A DNA stretch of 64,000 bases from an uncultured Spirochaetales bacterium (GCA_964428555.1 CAYRYS010000007.1:3787-67786); one strand, 5' to 3'. Counted from the stretch's first letter, positions 40,340-49,795 are shown. Notes: generated from the letters alone by a model not told the origin. A program made the numbers and translations.

Positions 40340-41071
40340 ATGGCAGGGAAAAAAAAGAAATGTCCCAAATGTGAAGAGGGAGCTGCAGATTGGCTGCTTA
40401 CCTATGGAGACATGACAACTCTGCTGCTTACTTTTTTTGTTATGATGTACAGTGCTGCAGAAATAGAAGGCTATGAGCTTGAGCTTATACTTGCTCCATT
40501 TTCCGGACTCGGTATGATGGAAGGCGGTAATACCCTACAGGCAGGCCGGCTGGCAGAGCTCGGGAATACATTTATGACGCTGCCCTCCCAGCAACGCGGA
40601 AGGGCACTTGACGAAGCGCGGCGCAGGGCTGTTTCTTTGTTTCAGCCTGAAATCCGCAACCAGATGGTCCAAATTAGGGAAGAAGAGCGTGGATTGATTA
40701 TCTCACTTGCTGCAGATGCTTTTTTCCGGCCCGCAAGTGCTGAAGTGGATATAGAAAACACGAGGGAGCTTCTGCGGAATGCGGCTGAGCTTTTAAATGC
40801 GGAAGCTTTAAGCGAAAATACTTTTCGTATTGAAGGTCATACCGATTCAATGCCTACAGATCCGGACGGAGAGTGGGAAACAAATTGGGAGCTTTCTTCA
40901 ATGCGCGCGGTAAATGTTCTTCACTATCTTGTCGACTTTGGAGTTAATGAAGAACAGTTTCAGGTAGCAGGCTTTGCGTCTACAGAACCGCTGGTAAGTA
41001 ATGAAACACCAGAGGGTAGGGCCTATAACCGAAGGGTTGATATTGTAATACTGAACGAGGGTCATCTGTAA
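40340..41071 (+). CDS. motB: Flagellar stator protein MotB
   Basis: WLLTYGDM TM with catalytic Asp; OmpA-like EGHTD, NWELS-RA, NRRVDI. Confidence 0.96.
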   Translation: MAGKKKKCPKCEEGAADWLLTYGDMTTLLLTFFVMMYSAAEIEGYELELILAPFSGLGMMEGGNTLQAGRLAELGNTFMTLPSQQRGRALDEARRRAVSLFQPEIRNQMVQIREEERGLIISLAADAFFRPASAEVDIENTRELLRNAAELLNAEALSENTFRIEGHTDSMPTDPDGEWETNWELSSMRAVNVLHYLVDFGVNEEQFQVAGFASTEPLVSNETPEGRAYNRRVDIVILNEGHL

Positions 41072-41175
41072 AACTCTGATATTAGGGTTTGCAGGTGTCT
41101 TGTTTTTTGGTAAATTTACATAAAGGGTAATGAATTATGTTCTTTATCCCTTATGAATAAAAAATGGAGAATGCC

Positions 41176-41727
41176 ATGTCTGATGAAGAACAATTGTTTG
41201 ACAGCGATGTTGGCGGGGACGACATAGAAGTCTCGGGAAAAAAGATCGGGTTTTTATCCGGTCTTACATTAAAAATCCTTAAATGGGTTGCGATTATACT
41301 CGTGTCAATTATTTTTATTGTAACTGTTGTAATAATAACAGTTCAGTTCCTGAATACAGGGAGCCAGTCACAGACATATACCGGCGTTTCTCCGGAATAT
41401 GAGGGAAGACCGCCTCTTCTGGAGTGGTTCAGCAGTTTAGGAGAAATACGGGCACGGACAAGCGACGAAGTCCCTCATTCTGTTATGGTGGAGGTAAGTC
41501 TTGGATATAACCAGGACAACCGCCAGCTACAAACAGAGTTGATTCAGCGTACACCGCGGCTGCGGGATATGATTCGGAGCTACTTTTCCAGCAAAACAGT
41601 GGAACAGTTAGGCCCTCAGCATGAGTCAGAATTAAAGCTTGAGTTAAAAGAACGGATTAACGATATTTTGCGGAACGGACGTATACGGGAAGTGATTTTT
41701 CCTAGTTTTAATGTTATCAATTTCTAA
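41176..41727 (+). CDS. fliL: Flagellar basal-body protein FliL
   Basis: Single TM, EL-R-PRLRD, LKERIN; between motB and fliM. Confidence 0.88.
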   Translation: MSDEEQLFDSDVGGDDIEVSGKKIGFLSGLTLKILKWVAIILVSIIFIVTVVIITVQFLNTGSQSQTYTGVSPEYEGRPPLLEWFSSLGEIRARTSDEVPHSVMVEVSLGYNQDNRQLQTELIQRTPRLRDMIRSYFSSKTVEQLGPQHESELKLELKERINDILRNGRIREVIFPSFNVINF

Positions 41728-41773
41728 AATTGTATGATATAATAAGCCAACCTGGGGAGGGGATGTAAAAAGA

Positions 41774-42799
41774 ATGACTGAAGTGCTTTCACAAGATGAA
41801 ATAGATCAGTTATTAACTGCGATTTCATCTGGAGACATTGAGGCAGAGGAGATACACCAGGCCACTGATCAGCGAAAGATCAAAATTTACGATTTTAAAC
41901 GGCCGGATAAATTCTCTAAAGAACAGATACGTACAGTCTCAATAATGCATGAAACCTTTGCACGGTTAACTACAACCGCATTATCAGCACAGCTTCGTGC
42001 GCTTGTACATGTGCATGTTGCTTCAGTTGACCAGTTGACCTACGAAGAATTCATCCGTTCTATTCCAAACCCGACTACTCTAGCAGTAATCAATATGGAC
42101 CCTTTAAAAGGCTCCGCAATTCTTGAAATTGATCCCGCAGTAACATTTTCTATTATTGACCGCCAATTCGGAGGACAGGGAGAAGGTGCAAAAGTCTCCC
42201 GTGACCTGACTGATATTGAGCATGCAGTAATGGAAGGTATTATTGTCCGGATACTCGGAAACATGCGGGAAGCCTGGAGCCAGGTTATTGACTTACGGCC
42301 CCGACTTGGACAAATAGAAACGAATCCCCAGTTTGCGCAAATAGTGCCGCCCACTGAAATGGTTGTATTGGTTACCTTGGAAACCAAGGTAGGCGAGGTT
42401 GAAGGTATGATGAACTTCTGTATTCCCTACCTAACTATTGAACCGATTGTTTCCAAGCTCTCTGCACAGTATTGGTATTCCTCTGTTCGGCGGGGTGCTA
42501 CTACAGAGAACCTTAATGTATTACGTGAGCGGCTTTCCACAATAGCAGTTGACCTTGTTGCAGAAATCGGCAAAATGAATTTAACTGTCCGGGACGTTCT
42601 TGCACTGCAAAGGGGAGATGTTATTCGCTTAAGCAATGTGCGGATCGGAGACCCAATGCAGTTAAGTATTGGCGGAAAAGCGAAGTTCCTATGCAGACCC
42701 GGACAAGTGGGAAACAAACTGGCCGTACAAATAAACAGAAAGCTGGAAGAATTTAACGAAGAAGAATTTGAAGAACTGGCTTCTGAGGAAGGAGAGTAA
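41774..42799 (+). CDS. fliM: Flagellar motor switch protein FliM
   Basis: VLSQDEIDQLL, YDFKRPDKFSK, GG-G, C-terminal SpoA domain. Confidence 0.97.
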   Translation: MTEVLSQDEIDQLLTAISSGDIEAEEIHQATDQRKIKIYDFKRPDKFSKEQIRTVSIMHETFARLTTTALSAQLRALVHVHVASVDQLTYEEFIRSIPNPTTLAVINMDPLKGSAILEIDPAVTFSIIDRQFGGQGEGAKVSRDLTDIEHAVMEGIIVRILGNMREAWSQVIDLRPRLGQIETNPQFAQIVPPTEMVVLVTLETKVGEVEGMMNFCIPYLTIEPIVSKLSAQYWYSSVRRGATTENLNVLRERLSTIAVDLVAEIGKMNLTVRDVLALQRGDVIRLSNVRIGDPMQLSIGGKAKFLCRPGQVGNKLAVQINRKLEEFNEEEFEELASEEGE

Positions 42800-42801
42800 G
42801 T

Positions 42802-43998
42802 ATGAGTGACGGAGCACTCTCTCAAGATGAAATAGATGCATTGTTAGAAGGCACAGGAGATATAGATTTCGGCGGAGGGCCCCCAAGCGGAGGCGGCGGT
42901 CCGGATACAAGTGCTGTAGAGCAACTCGTGAAAGAGGTATCGGATTCCCAGGCCTCAAACCTGTCTATGCTTATAGGAAAGACTGTCGAGATTGGAGAAC
43001 CTCAAGTACAGGTTGTAGGTAAAGAGGAATTCGTATCATCCCTGGAAGAGGAAGTTGTTGCAGTACACATCAATCTTTCAGAAGGTATTTCAAGCGAACA
43101 TATTTTTGTAATGGCACCTGATGCTGCAACGAATATTGCAGGGCTTATGATGGGCCAGGAAGAAGTGGAGCTTAACGATGCTGCGTATCAGGCACTTCAG
43201 GAAGGGATAAGCCAGATAACCGGACCTCTAGTAACTGCTTTGGGGGATAAGCTTGGGAATAATGTAATGACTGAGCCACCGGAGACAAAGTATGAACCAA
43301 AGGCTATGCTGAAAACGCCGCATGGTCAATTTGTAAAAATAACACATCCTGTTTCGATTGAAGATGACGGAAGCTTTGAACTGTATGAAGCATTTGAACT
43401 TGATGTTCTGGAACAGCTTAACCAGGCACAAGGTGTAGGCAGCGGCGGCGGAGACATGGCCGGTCTCGGCGGTGATATGGGCCAGGGAATGCAGAACCAG
43501 GGACAGCAGCAACAGCAGCAGCAACAATTCGGTGGTCAGCAGCAATTCGGAGGACCGCAGCAGCAACAGTTCGGCGGTCAGCAGCAATTCGGAGGACCGC
43601 AACAGCAATACGGCGGACCGCAGCAGCAGTTCGGCGGGCCACAGCAGCAGATGTATGGTCAGCCTATGCAGGGACCACCTCCGAACGTACAGTCAGTACA
43701 GTTTCCGAATCTCGGCGGAGGAGCACCTGGTCAGGATCAGGGTAATATCAGTCTTCTTATGGACGTCTACATGGAAATGACTGTAGAGCTCGGCCGTACA
43801 AGAAAGCTGATTAAAGAAATACTTGGTATGGGAGAAGGTACTATTATTGAGCTGGATAAGCTTGCAGGTGAACCTGTGGATATTTTGGTGAATCATAAGC
43901 TTATTGCAAAGGGTGAAGTAGTAGTCATTGATGAAAACTTCGGTGTTCGTGTAACTGAGATCGTATCTCCAATGGAGAGAGTTAATGAAATGACCTAA
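42802..43998 (+). CDS. fliY: Flagellar motor switch protein FliY (CheC-like + FliN domain)
   Basis: ALSQDEIDALL, CheC-like middle domain, C-terminal FliN (VELGRT, LAGEPVD, GEVVVIDENFGVR). Confidence 0.92.
   Translation: MSDGALSQDEIDALLEGTGDIDFGGGPPSGGGGPDTSAVEQLVKEVSDSQASNLSMLIGKTVEIGEPQVQVVGKEEFVSSLEEEVVAVHINLSEGISSEHIFVMAPDAATNIAGLMMGQEEVELNDAAYQALQEGISQITGPLVTALGDKLGNNVMTEPPETKYEPKAMLKTPHGQFVKITHPVSIEDDGSFELYEAFELDVLEQLNQAQGVGSGGGDMAGLGGDMGQGMQNQGQQQQQQQQFGGQQQFGGPQQQQFGGQQQFGGPQQQYGGPQQQFGGPQQQMYGQPMQGPPPNVQSVQFPNLGGGAPGQDQGNISLLMDVYMEMTVELGRTRKLIKEILGMGEGTIIELDKLAGEPVDILVNHKLIAKGEVVVIDENFGVRVTEIVSPMERVNEMT
43504..43662 (+). repeat. Intragenic tandem repeat encoding [F/Y]GG(P)QQQ(Q)
   Basis: Repeated cagcagca(a/g)ttcgg(a/c/t)gg(a/t/g)cc units of 18-24 nt; peptide QQQQQQQQFGGQQQFGGPQQQQFGGQQQFGGPQQQYGGPQQQFGGPQQQMYGQ. 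Confidence 0.9.
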
Positions 43999-44027
43999 GC
44001 TGTCTTCAAAAAACTGGGAGGAAAAAA

Positions 44028-44639
44028 CTGAAAAAACGCAAACTCATTATCACAATCATTTGTATATTTTTGTTATCTATGCCATTATACACTCAGGAAT
44101 CTGAAGGAGATGCCAGGGAGATAAATGATGAAGAATCTTTGATATTTCCCTCAGCAGAGGAAGGGGAAGCTGGGGCACAGGAAGGACAGAATACCGCTGC
44201 AGTCGGTATTTGGGATATTGTCCAAATGTTCCTTGTTCTTGCTCTTGTGGCTGCAGCTATCTATGGTGTGATTATTTTCCTAAAAAAGGCCTCAAAAAAG
44301 GGCTTTCATGAGAATAATCTCATTCAAGTTGTATCTTCAGCCCCTCTTGTCGGGCAAAGGGCGCTCCATCTTGTGCAGATAGGAAATCAATATTTTTTAA
44401 TCGGATCTGCAGATGAACAGATTTCCCTTATTTCTGAGATAACAGACAAAGAAAGCCTTGACCAAATACGGCTTACCTCTTCTCAGGAGGCGCCTGGAGG
44501 GCAGTCCAGTAATTTTATGGAAATGCTTCAGGGAATGTTCGCAGGTACACAGAAAAAGAAAGAGAAACAGAACGAAGGAGATTTTCAGATATCAACTGAT
44601 TTTATGAAAGAACAAAGAGACAGGCTGAAGCGGTTATAG
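44028..44639 (+). CDS. fliO: Flagellar biogenesis protein FliO (FliZ)
   Basis: TM then LHLVQIG..FLIG..ISLISEI; between fliY and fliP; probable CTG start at 44028 after GGAGG gives a signal peptide. Confidence 0.85.
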   Translation: MKKRKLIITIICIFLLSMPLYTQESEGDAREINDEESLIFPSAEEGEAGAQEGQNTAAVGIWDIVQMFLVLALVAAAIYGVIIFLKKASKKGFHENNLIQVVSSAPLVGQRALHLVQIGNQYFLIGSADEQISLISEITDKESLDQIRLTSSQEAPGGQSSNFMEMLQGMFAGTQKKKEKQNEGDFQISTDFMKEQRDRLKRL

Positions 44640-44682
44640 CCGCTGCCTTCAGACAATATAGTTGCTCAAAACTGGGGGGGGA

Positions 44683-45456
44683 ATGAGCAGAAAAACATTA
44701 CTCATATTTGCATTAATAGTTCTGTGTTCTAGCGGAATGTTTGCGCAGGACATAGAAGCAGAAGGTAATCTTGAAATACCATTTATAGATCTCAATGTCA
44801 GGGCACCCGAGGACAATCAGGAAGTTGCGCTTTCTGTACAGCTGTTGCTGCTTCTTTCCATCATCACCCTTGCACCGTCTATTATTCTATTAACTACATC
44901 TTTTTTACGCATCGCGATCGTATTTGATTTCATCAAACGCGCCTTATCTTTGCAGCAGGTGCCGCCTTCTCAGGTCTTGATGGGTATTGCCTTGTTTTTA
45001 ACAATTTTTATAATGTGGCCAACCTTTGAAGAAATATACGAAGAGGGATTTGTTCCATTTTCTGAAGGGGAAATGGGTATACAGGAATTTTATGAAAACA
45101 CCGAAGGCCCGCTGAGAATGTTCATGTACAGACAATTGGATGAAAATCCGGAAAATATCCGTCTTTTTATGCGAATGCGCGGCCTAGAACAGCCCCGAAC
45201 TTTTGCTGATGTGCCGACATATGTTCTTATTCCTGCATTTGTATTAAATGAACTAACTATCGCATTTAAAATCGGAATACTTTTGTTTGTTCCCTTTATT
45301 GTTGTGGATATGGTAGTCGCATCCACACTTATGTCCATGGGTATGATTATGCTGCCTCCTGTTATGATCTCGCTTCCGTTTAAACTCATACTCTTTGTTC
45401 TAGTAGATGGATGGGACCTTATTACCAGGCAGGTAGTAGAAAGTTTTATGAGGTGA
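44683..45456 (+). CDS. fliP: Flagellar export gate protein FliP
   Basis: LAPSI..TSFLRI, QQVPP, IPAF-LNEL, MGMIMLPP, PFKL-LFVLVDGW. Confidence 0.96.
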   Translation: MSRKTLLIFALIVLCSSGMFAQDIEAEGNLEIPFIDLNVRAPEDNQEVALSVQLLLLLSIITLAPSIILLTTSFLRIAIVFDFIKRALSLQQVPPSQVLMGIALFLTIFIMWPTFEEIYEEGFVPFSEGEMGIQEFYENTEGPLRMFMYRQLDENPENIRLFMRMRGLEQPRTFADVPTYVLIPAFVLNELTIAFKIGILLFVPFIVVDMVVASTLMSMGMIMLPPVMISLPFKLILFVLVDGWDLITRQVVESFMR

Positions 45457-45460
45457 GGTT

Positions 45461-45730
45461 ATGGATTTAGGCGAAGCAATTTTTATTATGCGTTCAAGTA
45501 TTTTTCAGGTTCTTCTGATGGCAGCACCAATTCTGGTTATTGGTTTGCTTGTGGGGTTGATTGTATCAGTAATCCAGGCAACTACTTCAATTCAGGAACA
45601 GACATTAACCTTTGTACCAAAGATAGCGGCTATTTTAGGGAGTCTTATATTTTTTGGGCCATGGATATTCTCATCTATGACCCAGTTTGCAATTAATATT
45701 ATTACAAGAATTCCAGATATGGTGAGGTAA
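45461..45730 (+). CDS. fliQ: Flagellar export gate protein FliQ
   Basis: QATTSIQEQTLTFVPK. Confidence 0.96.
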   Translation: MDLGEAIFIMRSSIFQVLLMAAPILVIGLLVGLIVSVIQATTSIQEQTLTFVPKIAAILGSLIFFGPWIFSSMTQFAINIITRIPDMVR

Positions 45731-45735
45731 ATAAG

Positions 45736-46533
45736 TTGTATTTGCAGGAATTGGTAGCCAATTCACAGCTTTTCTTACTCATTTTTGTGCGCATACTCGC
45801 GCTTCTAGAGGTTGCGCCGCTTGTTTCCTCAACTGCTATACCCCAGCTTCCCCGTATTGCATTAGCTTTTTTATCTGCAATAGTTATATTTCCGAATGCA
45901 ATGGAGCTTGGGTATGCAATTCCGGATACAGGACTTGCATATGTTGGGCTGCTGATCGGAGAAATTATGCTTGGTTTGATCCAGGCCTTCTTTCTTGTGC
46001 TCATTTTCTCATCATTCCAGGTTGCCGGGCAGTTCTTTTCTCTGCAAATGGGTTTTGGTGCCTCTCAAGTATTTGACCCCCTTGCCCAGGTGCAGATACC
46101 TCTCATGGGTCAGTTTCTGAATGTACTTGCAATGTTTACTTTTATCTCGGTGAACGGCTTTCCCTATATCTTCCTAGTAGGAGTGGACCGCTCTTTTCAA
46201 GCAGTCAGGGCAGTGGACCTTCTCGGCCACGAGGAGTATCTTTTTGAGATGCTTCTAAACGGTCTTTCCATGCTCTTTTTACAAGCTCTTATTATTGCAC
46301 TGCCGATACTGGGAACTCTTATGCTCATTTCAGTTTCCATGGGGCTTATGTCAAAAGCTGCTCCTCAAATGAACCTCTTGATGATGGGTTTTCCAATCTC
46401 TATCGGTGTTGCATTCCTCATGCTCTTCATCTGTCTCCCATTTATTATGGAAGCCTTTGCAGGGGTTATTCAATGGAGTTTTGAGGAAATACTTAAGATG
46501 CTGGATACCGTATCTTCAGGAGGTCCAGCATGA
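45736..46533 (+). CDS. fliR: Flagellar export gate protein FliR
   Basis: AGQ...QMGFG..VFDP, KAAPQMN; TTG start with GAGG SD. Confidence 0.94.
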   Translation: MYLQELVANSQLFLLIFVRILALLEVAPLVSSTAIPQLPRIALAFLSAIVIFPNAMELGYAIPDTGLAYVGLLIGEIMLGLIQAFFLVLIFSSFQVAGQFFSLQMGFGASQVFDPLAQVQIPLMGQFLNVLAMFTFISVNGFPYIFLVGVDRSFQAVRAVDLLGHEEYLFEMLLNGLSMLFLQALIIALPILGTLMLISVSMGLMSKAAPQMNLLMMGFPISIGVAFLMLFICLPFIMEAFAGVIQWSFEEILKMLDTVSSGGPA

Positions 46534-47687
46534 ACTCTTTGACACTGAAGAAACGGTATTTTGATCTCTACCTTTCTGAGAGCATTGCCCAGAGTATGCA
46601 TCTGCAATGGTTTGCAGCAGAGGATGAAGGCAGAACAGAGGACCCGACTGAGCATAAATTGCGAAAATCCCGGGAAGAAGGAAAGGTAGCCAAATCTGCA
46701 GACCTGGTTGGAGCTATTGTGTTAATTTTCTCAATTAGTGCAATGGGGCTTCTTGCATCCTACATATTGGATACCATGATCGAAATGATGCAGTACTTTC
46801 TCCGTCAAACAACAATACTGGACACCTCGACAACAGGTCTGCTTCTTCCTGCATTTTATAATTATTTTCTCAGAACCACGCTGCCTATTATTGCAGTTGC
46901 TTTTATTGCAGCCCTTTTAGGGAATATTTTTCAAGTAGGATTTCTTTTTAGTACAAAGCCGATAACACCTGACCTTAAAAGAATATCCCCGAATTTTCTT
47001 AAATTCTTTAAGAAATCGTTTTTATCTATGGAAGCATTGTTTAACTTTATGAAGTCAATTGTAAAAGTAATTATTATTGCGCTTGTTGCGTATCTGAATA
47101 TATCGGGAAATATTCATAAAATGACCCAGCTTTTGACAATGCCCTTTTTGGTAGGTATCGCATTTATTGCCAGGCTTGGGTTCTTCATTGTAATAGAAGC
47201 GGCAATTGTTATGCTTATCCTTTCCATCCCTGACTATCTTTTTCAGAGGATGCAGCATAAAGAATCGTTGAAAATGTCAAAACAGGAAATAAAGGAAGAA
47301 CGGAAACAGCAGGAAGGGGACCCCATGGTTAAGAGCAGGATGAAAGAACGTATGCGTCAACTGCTTTCAAATAATATGATGCAGAAGGTCCCTGAAGCAG
47401 ACGTGGTAATTACAAACCCGACCCACTATGCTATAGGACTTGAGTACGATCAGGCTAAGATGGTAGCACCTATTGTAATTGCAAAAGGCTACGATGAGCT
47501 TGCCCAGAGAATCAAAAAGGTGGCAAAAGAGAATGATGTGCCTGTTATTGAAAATAAGCCGCTTGCGCGGGCCCTTCATGCAGAGGTAGAAATAGGCGAT
47601 ATGGTGCCTGAAAAATACTGGAAAGTAACAGCTCTAGTATTGAAAGAGGTTTATGAAATGAAAGGGAAGGCCGCAAAAGCGGTATAA
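46530..47687 (+). CDS. flhB: Flagellar export protein FlhB
   Basis: TEDPT..KL...REEGKVAKS, EGDP, NPTH autocleavage motif. Confidence 0.97.
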   Translation: MNSLTLKKRYFDLYLSESIAQSMHLQWFAAEDEGRTEDPTEHKLRKSREEGKVAKSADLVGAIVLIFSISAMGLLASYILDTMIEMMQYFLRQTTILDTSTTGLLLPAFYNYFLRTTLPIIAVAFIAALLGNIFQVGFLFSTKPITPDLKRISPNFLKFFKKSFLSMEALFNFMKSIVKVIIIALVAYLNISGNIHKMTQLLTMPFLVGIAFIARLGFFIVIEAAIVMLILSIPDYLFQRMQHKESLKMSKQEIKEERKQQEGDPMVKSRMKERMRQLLSNNMMQKVPEADVVITNPTHYAIGLEYDQAKMVAPIVIAKGYDELAQRIKKVAKENDVPVIENKPLARALHAEVEIGDMVPEKYWKVTALVLKEVYEMKGKAAKAV

Positions 47688-47697
47688 GGAGTAAGAT

Positions 47698-49785
47698 ATG
47701 GCAGACGCGAGCAGTATATTTAATAACGCGTTTTTACAGAATAAGAGTGACCTCTTTGTTGCAGCAGGTGTAATTTCAATTGTAATGATGTTAATAATTC
47801 CATTACCTGCTGTGGTACTGGATACACTCATGGCTTTTAACCTTGTTATGAGTCTCTTTGTTATTCTCATTGTCTTATATACCAAACGGGCACTGGAGTT
47901 TTCCATTTTTCCTTCTCTTCTTCTTGTATTTACGGTTTTCGGCCTTGCCTTAAATGTATCATCTACCCGGCTCATCCTTTCTCAGGGGAGTCAGTTTGAC
48001 GGTAGGATAGTCCGTGCTTTCGGAGAATTTGTTGTCGGTACAACAGGTCAGGAAGGACTTGTAATCGGAATAATCATCTTCGTTATCATTGTTGCTGTAC
48101 AGTTTATTGTTATCACAAAAGGCGCCACAAGGGTCGCTGAAGTAGCAGCCCGCTTTACCTTGGATGCACTCCCTGGTAAGCAGATGGCAATTGAGGCTGA
48201 GTATAACTCAGGAATGATAACTGAAGCAGACGCAACGAAAAAAAAGAATGAGCTCCAGCGGGAAGTTGACTTCTACGGAGCCATGGACGGTGCTTCTAAG
48301 TTTGTGTCAGGAAACGTAAAAGTCGGTATACTTATCACAGTGATTAATATGGTCGGAGGAATGATTGTCGGAATGACAATCCATGCAGAGCCACTCGCTG
48401 TTGCTTCAGATACCTATATTTCACTTACTATTGGTGATGGCTTGGTCACCCAGTTCCCTGCACTTCTTGTGTCAACAGCAACAGGTATTATTGTAACACG
48501 GGCAGTATCCGATGACACCTTTGGAAAGGATGTTACAACCCAGTTTACCCAGACCGCCAGGATCTACTGGATTGCTGCTGTCTTTCTGGTTGTTCTTGCT
48601 TTCCTGCCCGGTTTTCCATGGTATGTTCTTCTGCCTATGGCAGGACTTGTCGGTTTTTTTGCTTTTACCCTATCGAATAGACAAGTCATGGCTGAGCAGA
48701 AAGCGAAAATGGAAGTACAGGAAGCGTCTGAGCAGACTGAGCCACAGGAGATTGCTCCCCTCGTGCCTTTGGATCCATTGTCACTTGAGCTTGGATACGG
48801 ATTAATCCCATTAGTAGATAAAGACCAGGGTGCAGAGCTCTTGGATAGAATAACGAGAATACGAAGAGAGTCTGCGCTTGATCTAGGTTTAGTAGTTCCA
48901 CGGATACGGATTATAGATAATATGAGATTGGAACCTTCTGCATACTCCTTTAAAATAAAGGGGGTAGAAGTTGGAAGCGGATTTATTCGAATGGGGCATT
49001 ATCTTTCAATTAATCCGGGCGGTGTACGGGAGGAAATACCAGGTGAAGCTACTACTGACCCTGCATTCGGACTTCCTGCAAAATGGGTTACAGATGAATA
49101 CCGTGAACGTGCTGAACGTGCAGGGTACACTGTTGTTGACTCTCCGTCCATTATTGCAACTCATTTGACAGAGATAATTAAAAAGCATGCTGCTGAAATA
49201 TTAGGGAGACAGGAAATCCAGGGAATGTTGGATACCTTAAAGAATGACTATCCTGCAGTGGTCAATGAAGTCACAAAAACAATGTCTAATGGAGAGATCC
49301 AAAAGGTTCTCCAAGGCTTGCTTTCTGAGCAGGTTTCTATTCGGAATATGGTAGTAATTCTTGAAACATTAGCTGATTATGGTACAATCACCAAGGAAAC
49401 AACATTTCTGATTGAAAAAGTACGTCAGGCATTGGGACGGCAGATATGTCTCCAGTATACAGATGAAAACCACGTACTGCAGGTATTAACAATTGATCCG
49501 CAGCTTGAGCAGCAGATCATAGACTCGAAAACTGAAACTCCGAATGGTCTTGTTGCAGCATTACCGCCGGATGTGCAGAAACGGTGGATTAACGCTGCAG
49601 CGAATATGATTAAGAGGGTACAGGATCTTGGTCATTATCCTGTTGTACTTTGCTCTGAAGCAGCAAGAGCATTGGTAAAAAACAGTACAAAGAGAGAGCT
49701 TCCGGATATTGCAGTACTTTCTGTACCGGAGATTGTTTCAGACATAAAAGTTGAATCTCTTGGTGAAATAAAAATTGAAGGTTAG
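47698..49785 (+). CDS. flhA: Flagellar export protein FlhA
   Basis: LNVSSTR, KGATRVAEVAARFTLDALPGKQM, FYGAMDGA-KFV, IGDGLV. Confidence 0.98.
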   Translation: MADASSIFNNAFLQNKSDLFVAAGVISIVMMLIIPLPAVVLDTLMAFNLVMSLFVILIVLYTKRALEFSIFPSLLLVFTVFGLALNVSSTRLILSQGSQFDGRIVRAFGEFVVGTTGQEGLVIGIIIFVIIVAVQFIVITKGATRVAEVAARFTLDALPGKQMAIEAEYNSGMITEADATKKKNELQREVDFYGAMDGASKFVSGNVKVGILITVINMVGGMIVGMTIHAEPLAVASDTYISLTIGDGLVTQFPALLVSTATGIIVTRAVSDDTFGKDVTTQFTQTARIYWIAAVFLVVLAFLPGFPWYVLLPMAGLVGFFAFTLSNRQVMAEQKAKMEVQEASEQTEPQEIAPLVPLDPLSLELGYGLIPLVDKDQGAELLDRITRIRRESALDLGLVVPRIRIIDNMRLEPSAYSFKIKGVEVGSGFIRMGHYLSINPGGVREEIPGEATTDPAFGLPAKWVTDEYRERAERAGYTVVDSPSIIATHLTEIIKKHAAEILGRQEIQGMLDTLKNDYPAVVNEVTKTMSNGEIQKVLQGLLSEQVSIRNMVVILETLADYGTITKETTFLIEKVRQALGRQICLQYTDENHVLQVLTIDPQLEQQIIDSKTETPNGLVAALPPDVQKRWINAAANMIKRVQDLGHYPVVLCSEAARALVKNSTKRELPDIAVLSVPEIVSDIKVESLGEIKIEG

Positions 49786-49795
49786 GTGAGGAAGA

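Noticed and set aside
43504-43662. Tandem repeat as possible CRISPR or non-coding array
   Set aside because: In frame within fliY, variation mostly at synonymous positions, no unique spacers, no cas genes
46939-46965. Perfect GCCGATAA inside flhB
   Set aside because: Intragenic and lacks a -35 at 15-bp spacing
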